From a virus: a stretch of DNA of 46,185 nt. The notes under the pieces were generated by a model that was not told the DNA's origin, searched no databases, and worked only from the letters and a program-made list of their open reading frames with translations. Of this stretch, positions 8,050 through 17,053 are shown one piece after another (position 1 is the stretch's first letter; each line of letters starts with the position of its first letter). The position numbers and the translations under genes are program-made. Location: the IMG/VR virus record IMGVR_UViG_3300045988_161343, one strand, 5' to 3'.

Positions 8050-8252
8050 TTTATAAAATTAAAGCTGAAGGATATCCATATCCTATTCATGTTAATACTG
8101 CTGTTATTCCTATTATGTATATCATTAAAATTGAAAAAAATTTGTACGAATTAACAATAGTTGAATCTTTATCAAAAAGATATAAACTTACTATTAATGC
8201 TCTCGAAAACCGCGATTTTATTGAATTTATGGGAGGAAAAGTAGAAGAATGA
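8046..8252 (+). CDS. Hypothetical protein, 68 aa
   Basis: ORF track; overlapping start and stop. Confidence 0.45.
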   Translation: MIYKIKAEGYPYPIHVNTAVIPIMYIIKIEKNLYELTIVESLSKRYKLTINALENRDFIEFMGGKVEE

Positions 8253-8746
8253 TTTTTTTCTTGATTGCTATAGCTATCACTATTGTTTATAGTATTCAAC
8301 AGTATATTAAATATTATAGCTTTTCAAAAATTTGGAAGTGGTTTAAGGCCGAATTCCTATGGGCAGCTGTTTGTACTTGTATGGCAGCCATGGCTATTAG
8401 TGGACTATTTGCTGTTGTTTATTGTGGAATTCCTGATAGTAAAGAACATTCAGCAATTGAAGTAGAAAACTATCACGAGCTTAAGCCTATATCAGAAGAT
8501 ACTTATATTCAATGGGGTGCAGATAATTCCGCAATTGTTCTTTTAGATAATGGTTATTATCAGACATATAAACTTGATAATAGTTCAGTATTTATTAAGA
8601 CCTGTGCTGATGGCGAAGTACCTAATGTAAAAACAATTAATTATACAAAATATAATGATTATCGTCAGTGGCTTTGTCTCTGGAATGCCTTGGATAGTGA
8701 AACATTTATTACACTTCCTCCTGGAATTTATAAACCTATTACATAA
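8249..8746 (+). CDS. Membrane-anchored protein, 165 aa
   Basis: N-terminal TM helix; ORF track. Confidence 0.5.
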   Translation: MIFFLIAIAITIVYSIQQYIKYYSFSKIWKWFKAEFLWAAVCTCMAAMAISGLFAVVYCGIPDSKEHSAIEVENYHELKPISEDTYIQWGADNSAIVLLDNGYYQTYKLDNSSVFIKTCADGEVPNVKTINYTKYNDYRQWLCLWNALDSETFITLPPGIYKPIT

Positions 8747-8786
8747 GGTCGGTTGGTTAGCCCAATCGGCCTTATTTATTTTTATA
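8747..8786 (+). terminator. Rho-independent terminator
   Basis: aaggtcggttgg...cccaatcggcctt hairpin followed by ATTTATTTTTAT. Confidence 0.55.
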
Positions 8787-8845
8787 AAAAAATATTATAA
8801 AATATATATATAAAGAAATGAGAAATAAAAAAATTGTCAAGGAGG
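8787..8845 (+). promoter_or_regulatory. Conserved phage promoter element
   Basis: AAAAAATATTATAAAATATATATATAAAGAAATGAGAAATAAA. Confidence 0.55.
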
Positions 8846-8852
8846 ATATATC

Positions 8853-9206
8853 ATGAGTGTTGAGTATGAAGCATTTGTAGGCCGCGGTTTTATGTTTGGT
8901 GAAGATAATGTTCCTACATTTAAAGAATACTGTGAACGAGTAAAGATTGACCCGAATGAAGCATTTGAAATTCTTCAAGAAGATGACCTTGTAATTTCTG
9001 ATTGCTATGGCTATGATTGGCTAGACCATATCTTTTTTGGTTATCGCCTTTTTAGTATTGACCTTGATTCGTCATTTAATTATAATCGTCTTAACCATTT
9101 TGAAATTGATGTAAATAAAGAGCATGAAATGGAAAAGAAATTTAATGAAGTATTTGGCGAATACCCGCCGATTTTTAGCAATTATATTGTAGAGAGGGCA
9201 TATTAA
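8853..9206 (+). CDS. Hypothetical protein, 117 aa
   Basis: ORF track; SD AAGGAGG. Confidence 0.55.
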   Translation: MSVEYEAFVGRGFMFGEDNVPTFKEYCERVKIDPNEAFEILQEDDLVISDCYGYDWLDHIFFGYRLFSIDLDSSFNYNRLNHFEIDVNKEHEMEKKFNEVFGEYPPIFSNYIVERAY

Positions 9207-9538
9207 TGGATGGCTTAATTGTTATTAATCATTTGCCGCTTGACGAAGGCAATTATGATTTTATGGACACCTATGATTTCATTGCTCTTGGACGCAAACC
9301 AACATGGAAAGAGACATTTGCCGAAATTGAAGAAGTGCGGCGGGCAGTTGTAGAAGATGTAGCAGATGAACTTATCTATTACATCCAAAAGCAAATGTAT
9401 GAAACAAGTCTGGAAGCAACAGAACAGTGGTTCCTCTATGAAACCTCTTGTCTCTTGGGCGAAGGTAAATTGGCATTTATGTCTTATGTGGACAGATATC
9501 TTGAATTTATTTATGTGGAGGATGTAAAACAATGGTAA
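9206..9538 (+). CDS. Hypothetical protein, 110 aa
   Basis: ORF track. Confidence 0.5.
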   Translation: MDGLIVINHLPLDEGNYDFMDTYDFIALGRKPTWKETFAEIEEVRRAVVEDVADELIYYIQKQMYETSLEATEQWFLYETSCLLGEGKLAFMSYVDRYLEFIYVEDVKQW

Positions 9539-9867
9539 GGACTGATGAAGAGAAGCTGATTGCAGAAGGCGTAATCGGCGAAAAGGATTGTGCGAGTAGA
9601 GTTATTTATAAAGCATTAAAGTCTATTCCTGATAGTGCCATGATGGTACAGGCAAATCTGGCCAATACTCATAGTATTTGGATTGTACGTGAAGGCATGG
9701 TACAGACAGTTAAGATTGCACTTGATAGATGCGGTTATCATAAAGATATTGATTATACCATTATTGACAATCCGCCTTATTATGATGCAATTTTCGTTGT
9801 AGTGAAAAACCCGACAGATTATTCTAAAGGTATGTATCAGTACAGAATTAAGGAGTGGAAGAAGTAA
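9532..9867 (+). CDS. Hypothetical protein, 111 aa
   Basis: ORF track. Confidence 0.5.
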   Translation: MVRTDEEKLIAEGVIGEKDCASRVIYKALKSIPDSAMMVQANLANTHSIWIVREGMVQTVKIALDRCGYHKDIDYTIIDNPPYYDAIFVVVKNPTDYSKGMYQYRIKEWKK

Positions 9868-10208
9868 TGGATAAGAATGATAAGTATTGGGAAAGTTCTC
9901 ACAGTTCCAATAGTAAGAAGAATCTGAAACGTAAGGTTGTTAATCGTATCAAGAAGATGAATAAGAATCTGCATGACGACCCTCTGTGGAAGGGCAGATT
10001 TGTAATTCATTGTGATGATATTTTTCATGGCAATTATGAAGATGGCAGCGGTAATTATGCTGTTGTATATCTGACTATTTGGGATAAAGAAAAGAAACTG
10101 CTTGACAGTAAGAGATTTGATGACCTTGATTTTACTATGTTCAATGGTTATCATTTCTGGGAATGGGTAAATCAATTCGTCTGTGATTGTATTATGGAGG
10201 ATAAATAA
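9867..10208 (+). CDS. Hypothetical protein, about 113 aa
   Basis: ATG at 9867 preceded by AAGGAG; track ORF 9855 is in the same frame. Confidence 0.5.
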   Translation: MDKNDKYWESSHSSNSKKNLKRKVVNRIKKMNKNLHDDPLWKGRFVIHCDDIFHGNYEDGSGNYAVVYLTIWDKEKKLLDSKRFDDLDFTMFNGYHFWEWVNQFVCDCIMEDK

Positions 10209-10670
10209 ATGACTATTGTGGCTCTTGTTATTGGCATTATTCTCATTATTGTTGGTGTCATGCTTAATTTAAGATATGGCTCTTATGAAGGAAAAGGTGT
10301 AGGCTGGGTAGCAATTGGCGGCATCCTCGCATTTGTTGCAGCTGTTGGCATTATCGTTTGTGCTGTATCAATTAGTAAAGTGCCTGAATACAATAAGAAA
10401 ATTGAAGTATATGAAACTGAAATGCAAACCATCCAAGTGACAATTAATGATGTGGTCGCTAATTATCTTGATCACGAAAAAGATACATATGCTGCATTGA
10501 CTCCTGAAAATGCTGTTATCTTCGCATCTATTTATCCTGAATTGTCCAGTAGTGAATTAGTTAAACGGCAGTTGGAAATTTACAATAATTATTTAGTGAG
10601 CATTAAAAATTGTAAACTTGCCCTTGCAGAAGTATCTACGGCAAAGTGGTGGTTGTATTTTGGTCATTAA
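10209..10670 (+). CDS. Membrane protein (two N-terminal TM helices), 153 aa
   Basis: ORF track; hydrophobic N-terminus. Confidence 0.5.
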   Translation: MTIVALVIGIILIIVGVMLNLRYGSYEGKGVGWVAIGGILAFVAAVGIIVCAVSISKVPEYNKKIEVYETEMQTIQVTINDVVANYLDHEKDTYAALTPENAVIFASIYPELSSSELVKRQLEIYNNYLVSIKNCKLALAEVSTAKWWLYFGH

Positions 10671-10780
10671 ATTAATGTTGGCAATTATTCATTCTACATT
10701 AGACCCGTTATGGTTTCTCATTCCGGGTCTAATCCTATTAGGAGTAGCTATTTATTTGCGGTTACATTTGGAGAATTAAT

Positions 10781-11233
10781 ATGATTTGGTTAGCTATTGG
10801 TTTTGTATTTTTCATTGTATGCCTTTGTATTTCTTCTAACCCCACTATTAAAGAAGTTGTTTGTTTATTTGCAATTATTTGCATTATTCTTCCTCTACTT
10901 GTTGGCGGTGTAATTGGTGCATTTGTTGTGCCGAACCAAGAAACACGAGAGCATATTATAGAAGATTATGAATTATTGAAACTTGACGAAGATAATTATA
11001 TTTGGTATACTCGGAACGGAAATATTGTATATAATACTAGAGAAACAGGTTTGGCAATAAATCATCTGGATTATTATACTAATTTTGAATTAACAGATGA
11101 AACGCCACACGTAGTTAATATTATCTATAAAAATTTTGTCCCATTCACTACACCTTGGTGGTTCGGTATTGAATTTGGTAAAGATATTATTACAACATTC
11201 TATTTAAACAATTTGGATAGAACTATTTTCTAA
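10781..11233 (+). CDS. Membrane protein (two TM helices), 150 aa
   Basis: ORF track. Confidence 0.5.
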   Translation: MIWLAIGFVFFIVCLCISSNPTIKEVVCLFAIICIILPLLVGGVIGAFVVPNQETREHIIEDYELLKLDEDNYIWYTRNGNIVYNTRETGLAINHLDYYTNFELTDETPHVVNIIYKNFVPFTTPWWFGIEFGKDIITTFYLNNLDRTIF

Positions 11234-11291
11234 ATATATTATACAAAAAAATTTTAATTATGTCAAGCCATTTTGGGCAAAGGAGGACAAT

Positions 11292-11729
11292 ATGTCATAG
11301 GACTATTTATATGAATTTTGGTCGCCAGAAGGCGATTATAGGAAAGTGCGTGCAACACCTGCCGAAGCACGAAGGTATGATATTACTGGTCAGATGTTAA
11401 TGGAAGTAGCTTGCGATTGTTATCATGAGCATTATATGGAATATCGTAATGTAGCTGATGTATTAAGTAAATGTTATTATAATAGAACTCTTATTACAGA
11501 TGAAGCACGTGACAAGAAAGATGAAGATTGTTTTAGACTAATTGGTTATACACCTTATGGCGAATCTAATACCTGGATTGTAGCGAATGGGTCTGATAAT
11601 ATAGAACAATTTGAACATGGAATGAAAACAGAATTAACAGTAGAATGGTGGCCGGAACATCGTGATGAATACGATGAAAAAGAAGATTTTTATAATGCTT
11701 GCTATTGTAAGGTGGAACCTGTAAAATGA
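11292..11729 (+). CDS. Hypothetical protein, about 145 aa; N-terminally extended, with TAG as its third codon
   Basis: AAAGGAGGACAAT ATG TCA TAG GAC... is in frame with track ORF 11346. The track start (GTG) lacks an SD; the ATG at 11292 has a perfect one. Confidence 0.45.
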
Positions 11730-12151
11730 TGAATTATTATATTTTAAACTTCTATACACCAAAAGATGAAATGGTAAAAGAAGTTTTTATAGATAAAGAT
11801 ACCATAACTCAATCATTTATTAATCGTATTCTATTGGATATTGCTGAAAATTTTTTCGGACATAAGTATGATAATTCTGCGGCAATGGTTAATTATTTAG
11901 AGCATTGCTATTATACTAAAGAGAAAGTAAATCAAAACAGAAAAAAAGAATACTGGAATATTATCGTTGCCGACCATCAAGGTAATACTGAAACAGAAAG
12001 TTATCTTGCTACTGAAGATTTTAATTTAGATAAAACTATTGATTGGCTAAAACATTATTTAGCATTTATTCATAAACCAACAGATATGAGTGAACAAGAA
12101 TATGTTGATAAATATTGTTATTTAGTGTCGGCAGAAAAAATTGAAAAATAA
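11726..12151 (+). CDS. Hypothetical protein, 141 aa
   Basis: ORF track; ATGA overlap. Confidence 0.5.
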   Translation: MMNYYILNFYTPKDEMVKEVFIDKDTITQSFINRILLDIAENFFGHKYDNSAAMVNYLEHCYYTKEKVNQNRKKEYWNIIVADHQGNTETESYLATEDFNLDKTIDWLKHYLAFIHKPTDMSEQEYVDKYCYLVSAEKIEK

Positions 12152-12152
12152 A

Positions 12153-12192
12153 AAATAATATTATATAATATTTATATAATAAAGGAGGAAAT
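12153..12192 (+). promoter_or_regulatory. Variant of the conserved promoter element (ATATTATATAATATTTATATAATAAAGGAGG)
   Basis: Variant 2 also recurs at 16771, 28537 and 34517. Confidence 0.5.
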
Positions 12193-12197
12193 ATTAT

Positions 12198-13355
12198 ATG
12201 AGTTATTTATTTACCAGTGAGAGCGTTTTTGCCGGTCATCCTGATAAGGTTTGTGATTAGGTAAGTGATGCTATTCTGGATTATGTCCTCCAGCTTGATC
12301 CTGATGCCCGAGTAGCTTGTGAATGTACTATTAGTCCAGGTCTTTTCCACATAATGGGAGAGATTACAGCTAAAACAGAACAATCTATTCCTTATCAGGA
12401 AATTGCAAGAGAGACTTTAAGGTTTATTGGTTATGACAATGATGAAGCAGGATTTAACTGCGACACTTGTTCATATATTATTAATGTAGTAAATCAATCC
12501 CCTGACATCGCTGCGGGTGTCGATAGAGATGGTGCTGGAGATCAAGGCATGATGTTTGGTTATGCAACTAACGAAACAGAAAATTATATGCCTATTGCCC
12601 AGCAGCTTGCTAACAATATCTCGGTCATTATGTTTAGTAAGTATAAAAATGATTTGCTACCTTGGGCGTTACCTGACGGCAAATGTCAGATAACTGTCCA
12701 ATACGATGATGATGGCAACTTTGAAGGGGTAGATACAATTGTCGTATCGGCCCAACACAAAGACAAGTATAGTATTAAGGAAATAACGCCCGATATTACG
12801 AACATTTGTAATATTGCCCTTCAAGGTTATGCCATTAAAAAAGATTGTAAATTTTATATTAACCCAACAGGTAAGTTTGTAAAGGGCGGACCTGCGGCTG
12901 ATACCGGATTAACAGGACGTAAAATCGTTGTAGATACATATGGTGGTTATGCACCACATGGTGGCGGAGCATTTAGCGGTAAAGATAGTTCTAAAGTAGA
13001 TAGATCTGGTGCTTATATGGCACGTTATGTAGCTAAAAATCTTGTAGCTTCTGGTGTTTGTGATAAATGTATGATTCAAGTTGCTTATATTATTGGGCAG
13101 ACAGAACCTGCATCTATTGATATTAATTGTTTTGGCACAGAAAAGAAACCTATCGCTGAAATTCTTGAAGCAGTTAATCAGACATTTGATTTTGCACCGC
13201 GTAGTATTATTCATAAATTTGATTTAAAGCATACTCGCTATTTACCCTATGCTTGCTTCGGTCATTTTGGTCGCATTGAATGTAATAGCCCTTGGGAACA
13301 GCTCGATAAAGTAGAAGAATTAAAAACAATTTTTGATTTTAAAAAGGAGAACTAA
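12198..13355 (+). CDS. metK: S-adenosylmethionine synthetase (MetK) homolog, 385 aa, with one in-frame TAG at a conserved Gln position
   Basis: MSYLFTSESV..GHPDKVCD(TAG)VSDA matches the MetK motif HPDKIADQISDA. Downstream GAGDQGMMFGYA, KGGPAADTGLTGRKIVVDTYGG and GGGAFSGKD are MetK hallmarks. The track only shows the part after the TAG. Confidence 0.8.
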
Positions 13356-13356
13356 T

Positions 13357-13443
13357 ATGGACCCCGTAATTATTCTGGTTATTGCTATTGTTATCATTGG
13401 CGGATTGTATTTTTATAACTATAAGAAAGGGACTAAATATTAA
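13357..13443 (+). CDS. Tiny TM peptide, 28 aa (MDPVIILVIAIVIIGGLYFYNYKKGTKY)
   Basis: SD AAAAGGAGAA 6 nt upstream; directly after metK. Confidence 0.3.
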   Translation: MDPVIILVIAIVIIGGLYFYNYKKGTKY

Positions 13444-13444
13444 T

Positions 13445-13678
13445 ATGATTTATTGCCTTGTTCCAAAAGATGAATTAAAAGATTTGCTCTATGATAGTTT
13501 GAAGCTCCAAGCACTAGAGGTCGCAGGAGTGGACAACTGGACGTGGTATGGAGACTCTATTGGAGATTTTATTGATGCTGCCAAGGCAGACTATAATGTT
13601 CCAGAAGATGATGATGATTTCGACATTAGCGATATGGCTGATGTAGATGTTGAAGGCTACAGAACAGTGGAGGAATAA
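13445..13678 (+). CDS. Acidic hypothetical protein, 77 aa
   Basis: ATG at 13445, same frame as track ORF 13382. Confidence 0.45.
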   Translation: MIYCLVPKDELKDLLYDSLKLQALEVAGVDNWTWYGDSIGDFIDAAKADYNVPEDDDDFDISDMADVDVEGYRTVEE

Positions 13679-13680
13679 TT

Positions 13681-14091
13681 ATGTTATTGTATTTGTTGGC
13701 TATTGTTATCGGTGTAATTTGTTTTATCATTGCAAAATGTTTGAGTGATAATTTTAGTGATTGGAGTGCTCTTCCATTCACTATTGGCTGTTTACTTGTT
13801 CTTGTAGTATTTATTAGTACAATTGTTTTCATTAGTCAGGGAGCAACTGCATCTATTGACCGTGCTAATATAGAAGCTGAACGTGATGTTATTGTTTATC
13901 AGGTAGAGCATCATGATAGTTTCCTTGAAACTTCAAGAGTTGGTGTAAATGAATTGTATTATACTCAAGTGAAAGAGTTTAATGAAAAAGTGCGTATTCA
14001 TCAGTTTTTCAGGACTAATCCTTGGACAAGTTGGTATGAGCAGCCATTTTGGTCAGAAATTGAATTGATTGATTATACAGAGGAGTCTTGA
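13681..14091 (+). CDS. Membrane protein, 136 aa
   Basis: ORF track; two TM helices. Confidence 0.5.
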   Translation: MLLYLLAIVIGVICFIIAKCLSDNFSDWSALPFTIGCLLVLVVFISTIVFISQGATASIDRANIEAERDVIVYQVEHHDSFLETSRVGVNELYYTQVKEFNEKVRIHQFFRTNPWTSWYEQPFWSEIELIDYTEES

Positions 14092-14115
14092 TAAGAGACT
14101 CCTCTTTTATTTTTA
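14085..14115 (+). terminator. Rho-independent terminator
   Basis: ggagtcttgataagagactcc hairpin followed by TCTTTTATTTTTAT. Confidence 0.6.
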
Positions 14116-14184
14116 TAAAAAAATATTATAAAATATATATATAAAGAAATGAGAGATATAAAGAATTTTAAAGGAGACGATACT

Positions 14185-14343
14185 ATGGACAAGATTAGAA
14201 ACGAAGAAGTTGTCAATGCTTATAATAAGGTCGTTGATCTCTGTGTAAGTAATTATGAGTATATTGACAATGCTGAAGCGGAAGAAATTGACATGGCTCT
14301 TGATATTCTTTATAAGCAGCTTTTTGAGGAGGGTGATAGATAA
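14185..14343 (+). CDS. Small acidic protein, 52 aa
   Basis: ATG at 14185 with SD AAAGGAGA. The upstream part of track ORF 14149 is promoter sequence. Confidence 0.45.
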   Translation: MDKIRNEEVVNAYNKVVDLCVSNYEYIDNAEAEEIDMALDILYKQLFEEGDR

Positions 14344-15053
14344 TGGCTCTTGTTGCTAAGTCTTATCAGGATTTGGAAATTGTCCGTGATACTTATATTG
14401 AAAATGGAAAGCGTTATTGTGATGTGCGGACCAAGGATGGCAAGGTTAAGCGTGTTAAATCATATACCACAGCAGAGTATGACCGCTATTATCCTCCTGT
14501 AAAAATTATTAAACCTGGTAATCGTAAGCATATTCTTGGTTTTGATAATGGATATATTACCCTGTTTAAAGGTAATACTTATGAAAATCTTGAATGGTTT
14601 GAACATTCTAATGCCCGTTTCCACACTACATTTAAGTGGTATGTTGTTTCTACAGAAGAAGTTCCTGCCGATGTGCCGGAAGGTATTACGCCCGTGCAGC
14701 TGCCTTGGGAGCTTGTAGGTAATGATGACGGCACTCTGAAAGATAATGCTGTTATTAATAAGGTAGTTGAAAATCTTATTTATGATGAAGGCAATAGCCG
14801 CTATCAGGGTGAAGTTGGCGATAAGATTGAACGTGATGTAAAAGTAATTAAAAACATTGAAGCAGAAAATTATTATGGTGTTAACCATATTATGACGTTC
14901 ATTGATGCCAATGAGAATCTGTACTGTTGGAGTACAGCCGCCAAGAATTGGGAAATTGGTAAGGAACTTACTATTAAGGGAACTATTAAGTCTCTTGGAA
15001 CTTACCAGAAGCAGAAAATTACTTATTTGACGAGGTGTAGTGAAGTTGGATAA
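14343..15053 (+). CDS. Hypothetical protein, 236 aa
   Basis: ORF track; ATAATGG overlap. Confidence 0.55.
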   Translation: MALVAKSYQDLEIVRDTYIENGKRYCDVRTKDGKVKRVKSYTTAEYDRYYPPVKIIKPGNRKHILGFDNGYITLFKGNTYENLEWFEHSNARFHTTFKWYVVSTEEVPADVPEGITPVQLPWELVGNDDGTLKDNAVINKVVENLIYDEGNSRYQGEVGDKIERDVKVIKNIEAENYYGVNHIMTFIDANENLYCWSTAAKNWEIGKELTIKGTIKSLGTYQKQKITYLTRCSEVG

Positions 15054-15318
15054 TTGGATGGATATATTTGATAAATATGTTGATGAAGTTTATCAGCGTA
15101 TGGTTGATGAAACACACTTCAAAGTTCTCAAATATGGCGAAATTACTAATGATTTCCAGTGGAAAGAGAATGGAAGTTGTTATCGTCTACGCATAATCCA
15201 TTGGGATGGTATTATCTATGCTGACTGGATGAAGGATGGAGTAACTATTTTCTGTGATACTGTTTCTGATAAGAGAAATTATGATAAAAGGATTGAAATG
15301 AGTAATGGAAGAATTTAA
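15040..15318 (+). CDS. Hypothetical protein, 92 aa
   Basis: ORF track. Confidence 0.45.
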   Translation: MKLDNWMDIFDKYVDEVYQRMVDETHFKVLKYGEITNDFQWKENGSCYRLRIIHWDGIIYADWMKDGVTIFCDTVSDKRNYDKRIEMSNGRI

Positions 15319-15736
15319 CATGAGTAAGGTAATGTCTGGTCCAGGCAATCCTTTTGTATTTAATCAAATGGATTTTTTAATGGGTCGTATTAAAAAAGAA
15401 GACACATTAAATAAATACCATGCGCTACTTAAATCGGGTAGAGTTATTCTTGAAGACTATTGGTGTTGGCATGATCATAAATGGTATAAAGCATTAATTA
15501 AATGCCTTAACGATTTTTATATTGTAATTACTACTGAAGAAGATGTAATTAGTATAGAAAGAATAGAAAATCCAACAGTAGATTCTATCTATATGGAATA
15601 TATATTGGCAAGTAGAATGAGAGGAGATGAAATTGATGGCGACTCTATATATGATGTGCGGCTTGAGTGCAAATGGAAAGACTACATTCGCGAAATCCTT
15701 CGCAAAGATGAATCACATCCGATATGTAAACCCTGA
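15305..15736 (+). CDS. Hypothetical protein, 143 aa
   Basis: ORF track. Confidence 0.45.
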   Translation: MEEFNMSKVMSGPGNPFVFNQMDFLMGRIKKEDTLNKYHALLKSGRVILEDYWCWHDHKWYKALIKCLNDFYIVITTEEDVISIERIENPTVDSIYMEYILASRMRGDEIDGDSIYDVRLECKWKDYIREILRKDESHPICKP

Positions 15737-16172
15737 TGAATTGTATGCTGTCTTTAATGGTGATGAATGCAACCGTAGTCATAAGTTCGAAGTTTGGCAG
15801 ACATTGTATCAGATTGTGCATTGTGCAGAACTGGATGGTGTAGATATTATTATTGACACTAACTGTTTGACTCTTGGACAGAGAGAAGAAATCAGAAGCC
15901 GTTTCCCCCATTTCGATAGTTATCAGCTTATGGTTATTATCGCCAGCGTAGAAAATTCAAAGGAATGGAACTCCAAGAGACATAGAGTAGTGCCGCAGCA
16001 GGAACTTGAACGGCAGGCACGTATTGTAGACTGGCCTAATTTGACTGACCATTATAATGGTTGGAATAATATTAGATATTATTACAATGATGGTTCTCTG
16101 TTTACTAAATATCGTGAAATCTATGATGGCGAAGACCATGACTTGCGACAGGAGAAGGAGGATAATAAATAA
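15636..16172 (+). CDS. P-loop kinase, polynucleotide-kinase-like (AAA_33/Pnk kinase family), about 178 aa
   Basis: Walker A CGLSANGKTTFAK close to the N-terminus, then D..TN..L...R pattern. Start is ATG 15636 (SD AGGAGA) or ATG 15651. Confidence 0.5.
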   Translation: MATLYMMCGLSANGKTTFAKSFAKMNHIRYVNPDELYAVFNGDECNRSHKFEVWQTLYQIVHCAELDGVDIIIDTNCLTLGQREEIRSRFPHFDSYQLMVIIASVENSKEWNSKRHRVVPQQELERQARIVDWPNLTDHYNGWNNIRYYYNDGSLFTKYREIYDGEDHDLRQEKEDNK

Positions 16173-16768
16173 TGTTTTTGATTGTTTTAGGTATTTTTGT
16201 TGTATTTGCTATTATCTGTTTTACAGTATTTAGCTATTTCAAAGACTGGGAAAATTATCAAGGTTTTAAAGAAGAGGGTATTAAATGGCATGAAAAAACT
16301 GTTGAACTTACCTTCGATGAAGTAATGAAATATTCTGCTATTAAGCCTGATAAATGGTGTATTAATGGTAGTAGCATTTCTTATCAAATTGATAAAAAAA
16401 ATATTATTGGCGAAAGCAGATTTTATGTGTATTTTGGTTCTTATAAGGAATACCGTAAATTTATTCAATGGTGGACAAATAAAAAGACTAAAGCAAAACA
16501 GGAAGCAGAACTGCTTAAGGGTCTTGAATTCTGCAATCTTATGAGAGAAGATTGCCAGGCACTTAAAGAAGAAAGCCAAGAGGCAATTCGTAAGGCGGCA
16601 ATTAGTAGTGCCCAACTTATTAAGCAAACAGTTGAAAATGATGCTGAACTTAAACATATTTATAAGTGTGTAGTTAATAAAGATGGCACTGTTGAACTTG
16701 TTAAATATGATTGTACTAAAACTGCACAATTGAGTGAGCAGCCGGAAGGTTCTATTTCTTGTTTGTAA
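16172..16768 (+). CDS. Membrane-anchored protein, 198 aa
   Basis: ORF track; N-terminal TM helix. Confidence 0.5.
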   Translation: MFLIVLGIFVVFAIICFTVFSYFKDWENYQGFKEEGIKWHEKTVELTFDEVMKYSAIKPDKWCINGSSISYQIDKKNIIGESRFYVYFGSYKEYRKFIQWWTNKKTKAKQEAELLKGLEFCNLMREDCQALKEESQEAIRKAAISSAQLIKQTVENDAELKHIYKCVVNKDGTVELVKYDCTKTAQLSEQPEGSISCL

Positions 16769-16828
16769 ATTTGAAAAAAATAAAAAAATATTATATAATA
16801 TTTATATAAAAGATAAGGAGTAATTAAT

Positions 16829-17053
16829 ATGTTTGGTTTTGATGATAGTTATTTTCTGTTCATGAATGAAGCAGAGGGTACTGGAATGGTAAACACTCGT
16901 ACTGGATGTATTAATATTCTGGTACATAAGATGCAGGAAAATCCTCGATGGTATGTTGAGGAAAATTTTAATATTATGTGTGAAGAGTGCGGGATTGAGG
17001 ATATCACACCTGCCGAAGAAGATATGGTATGGGAGATGTATAGTCGAGGATGA
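16829..17053 (+). CDS. Hypothetical protein, 74 aa
   Basis: Promoter variant at 16771-16822 plus SD AAGGAG. Confidence 0.45.
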   Translation: MFGFDDSYFLFMNEAEGTGMVNTRTGCINILVHKMQENPRWYVEENFNIMCEECGIEDITPAEEDMVWEMYSRG

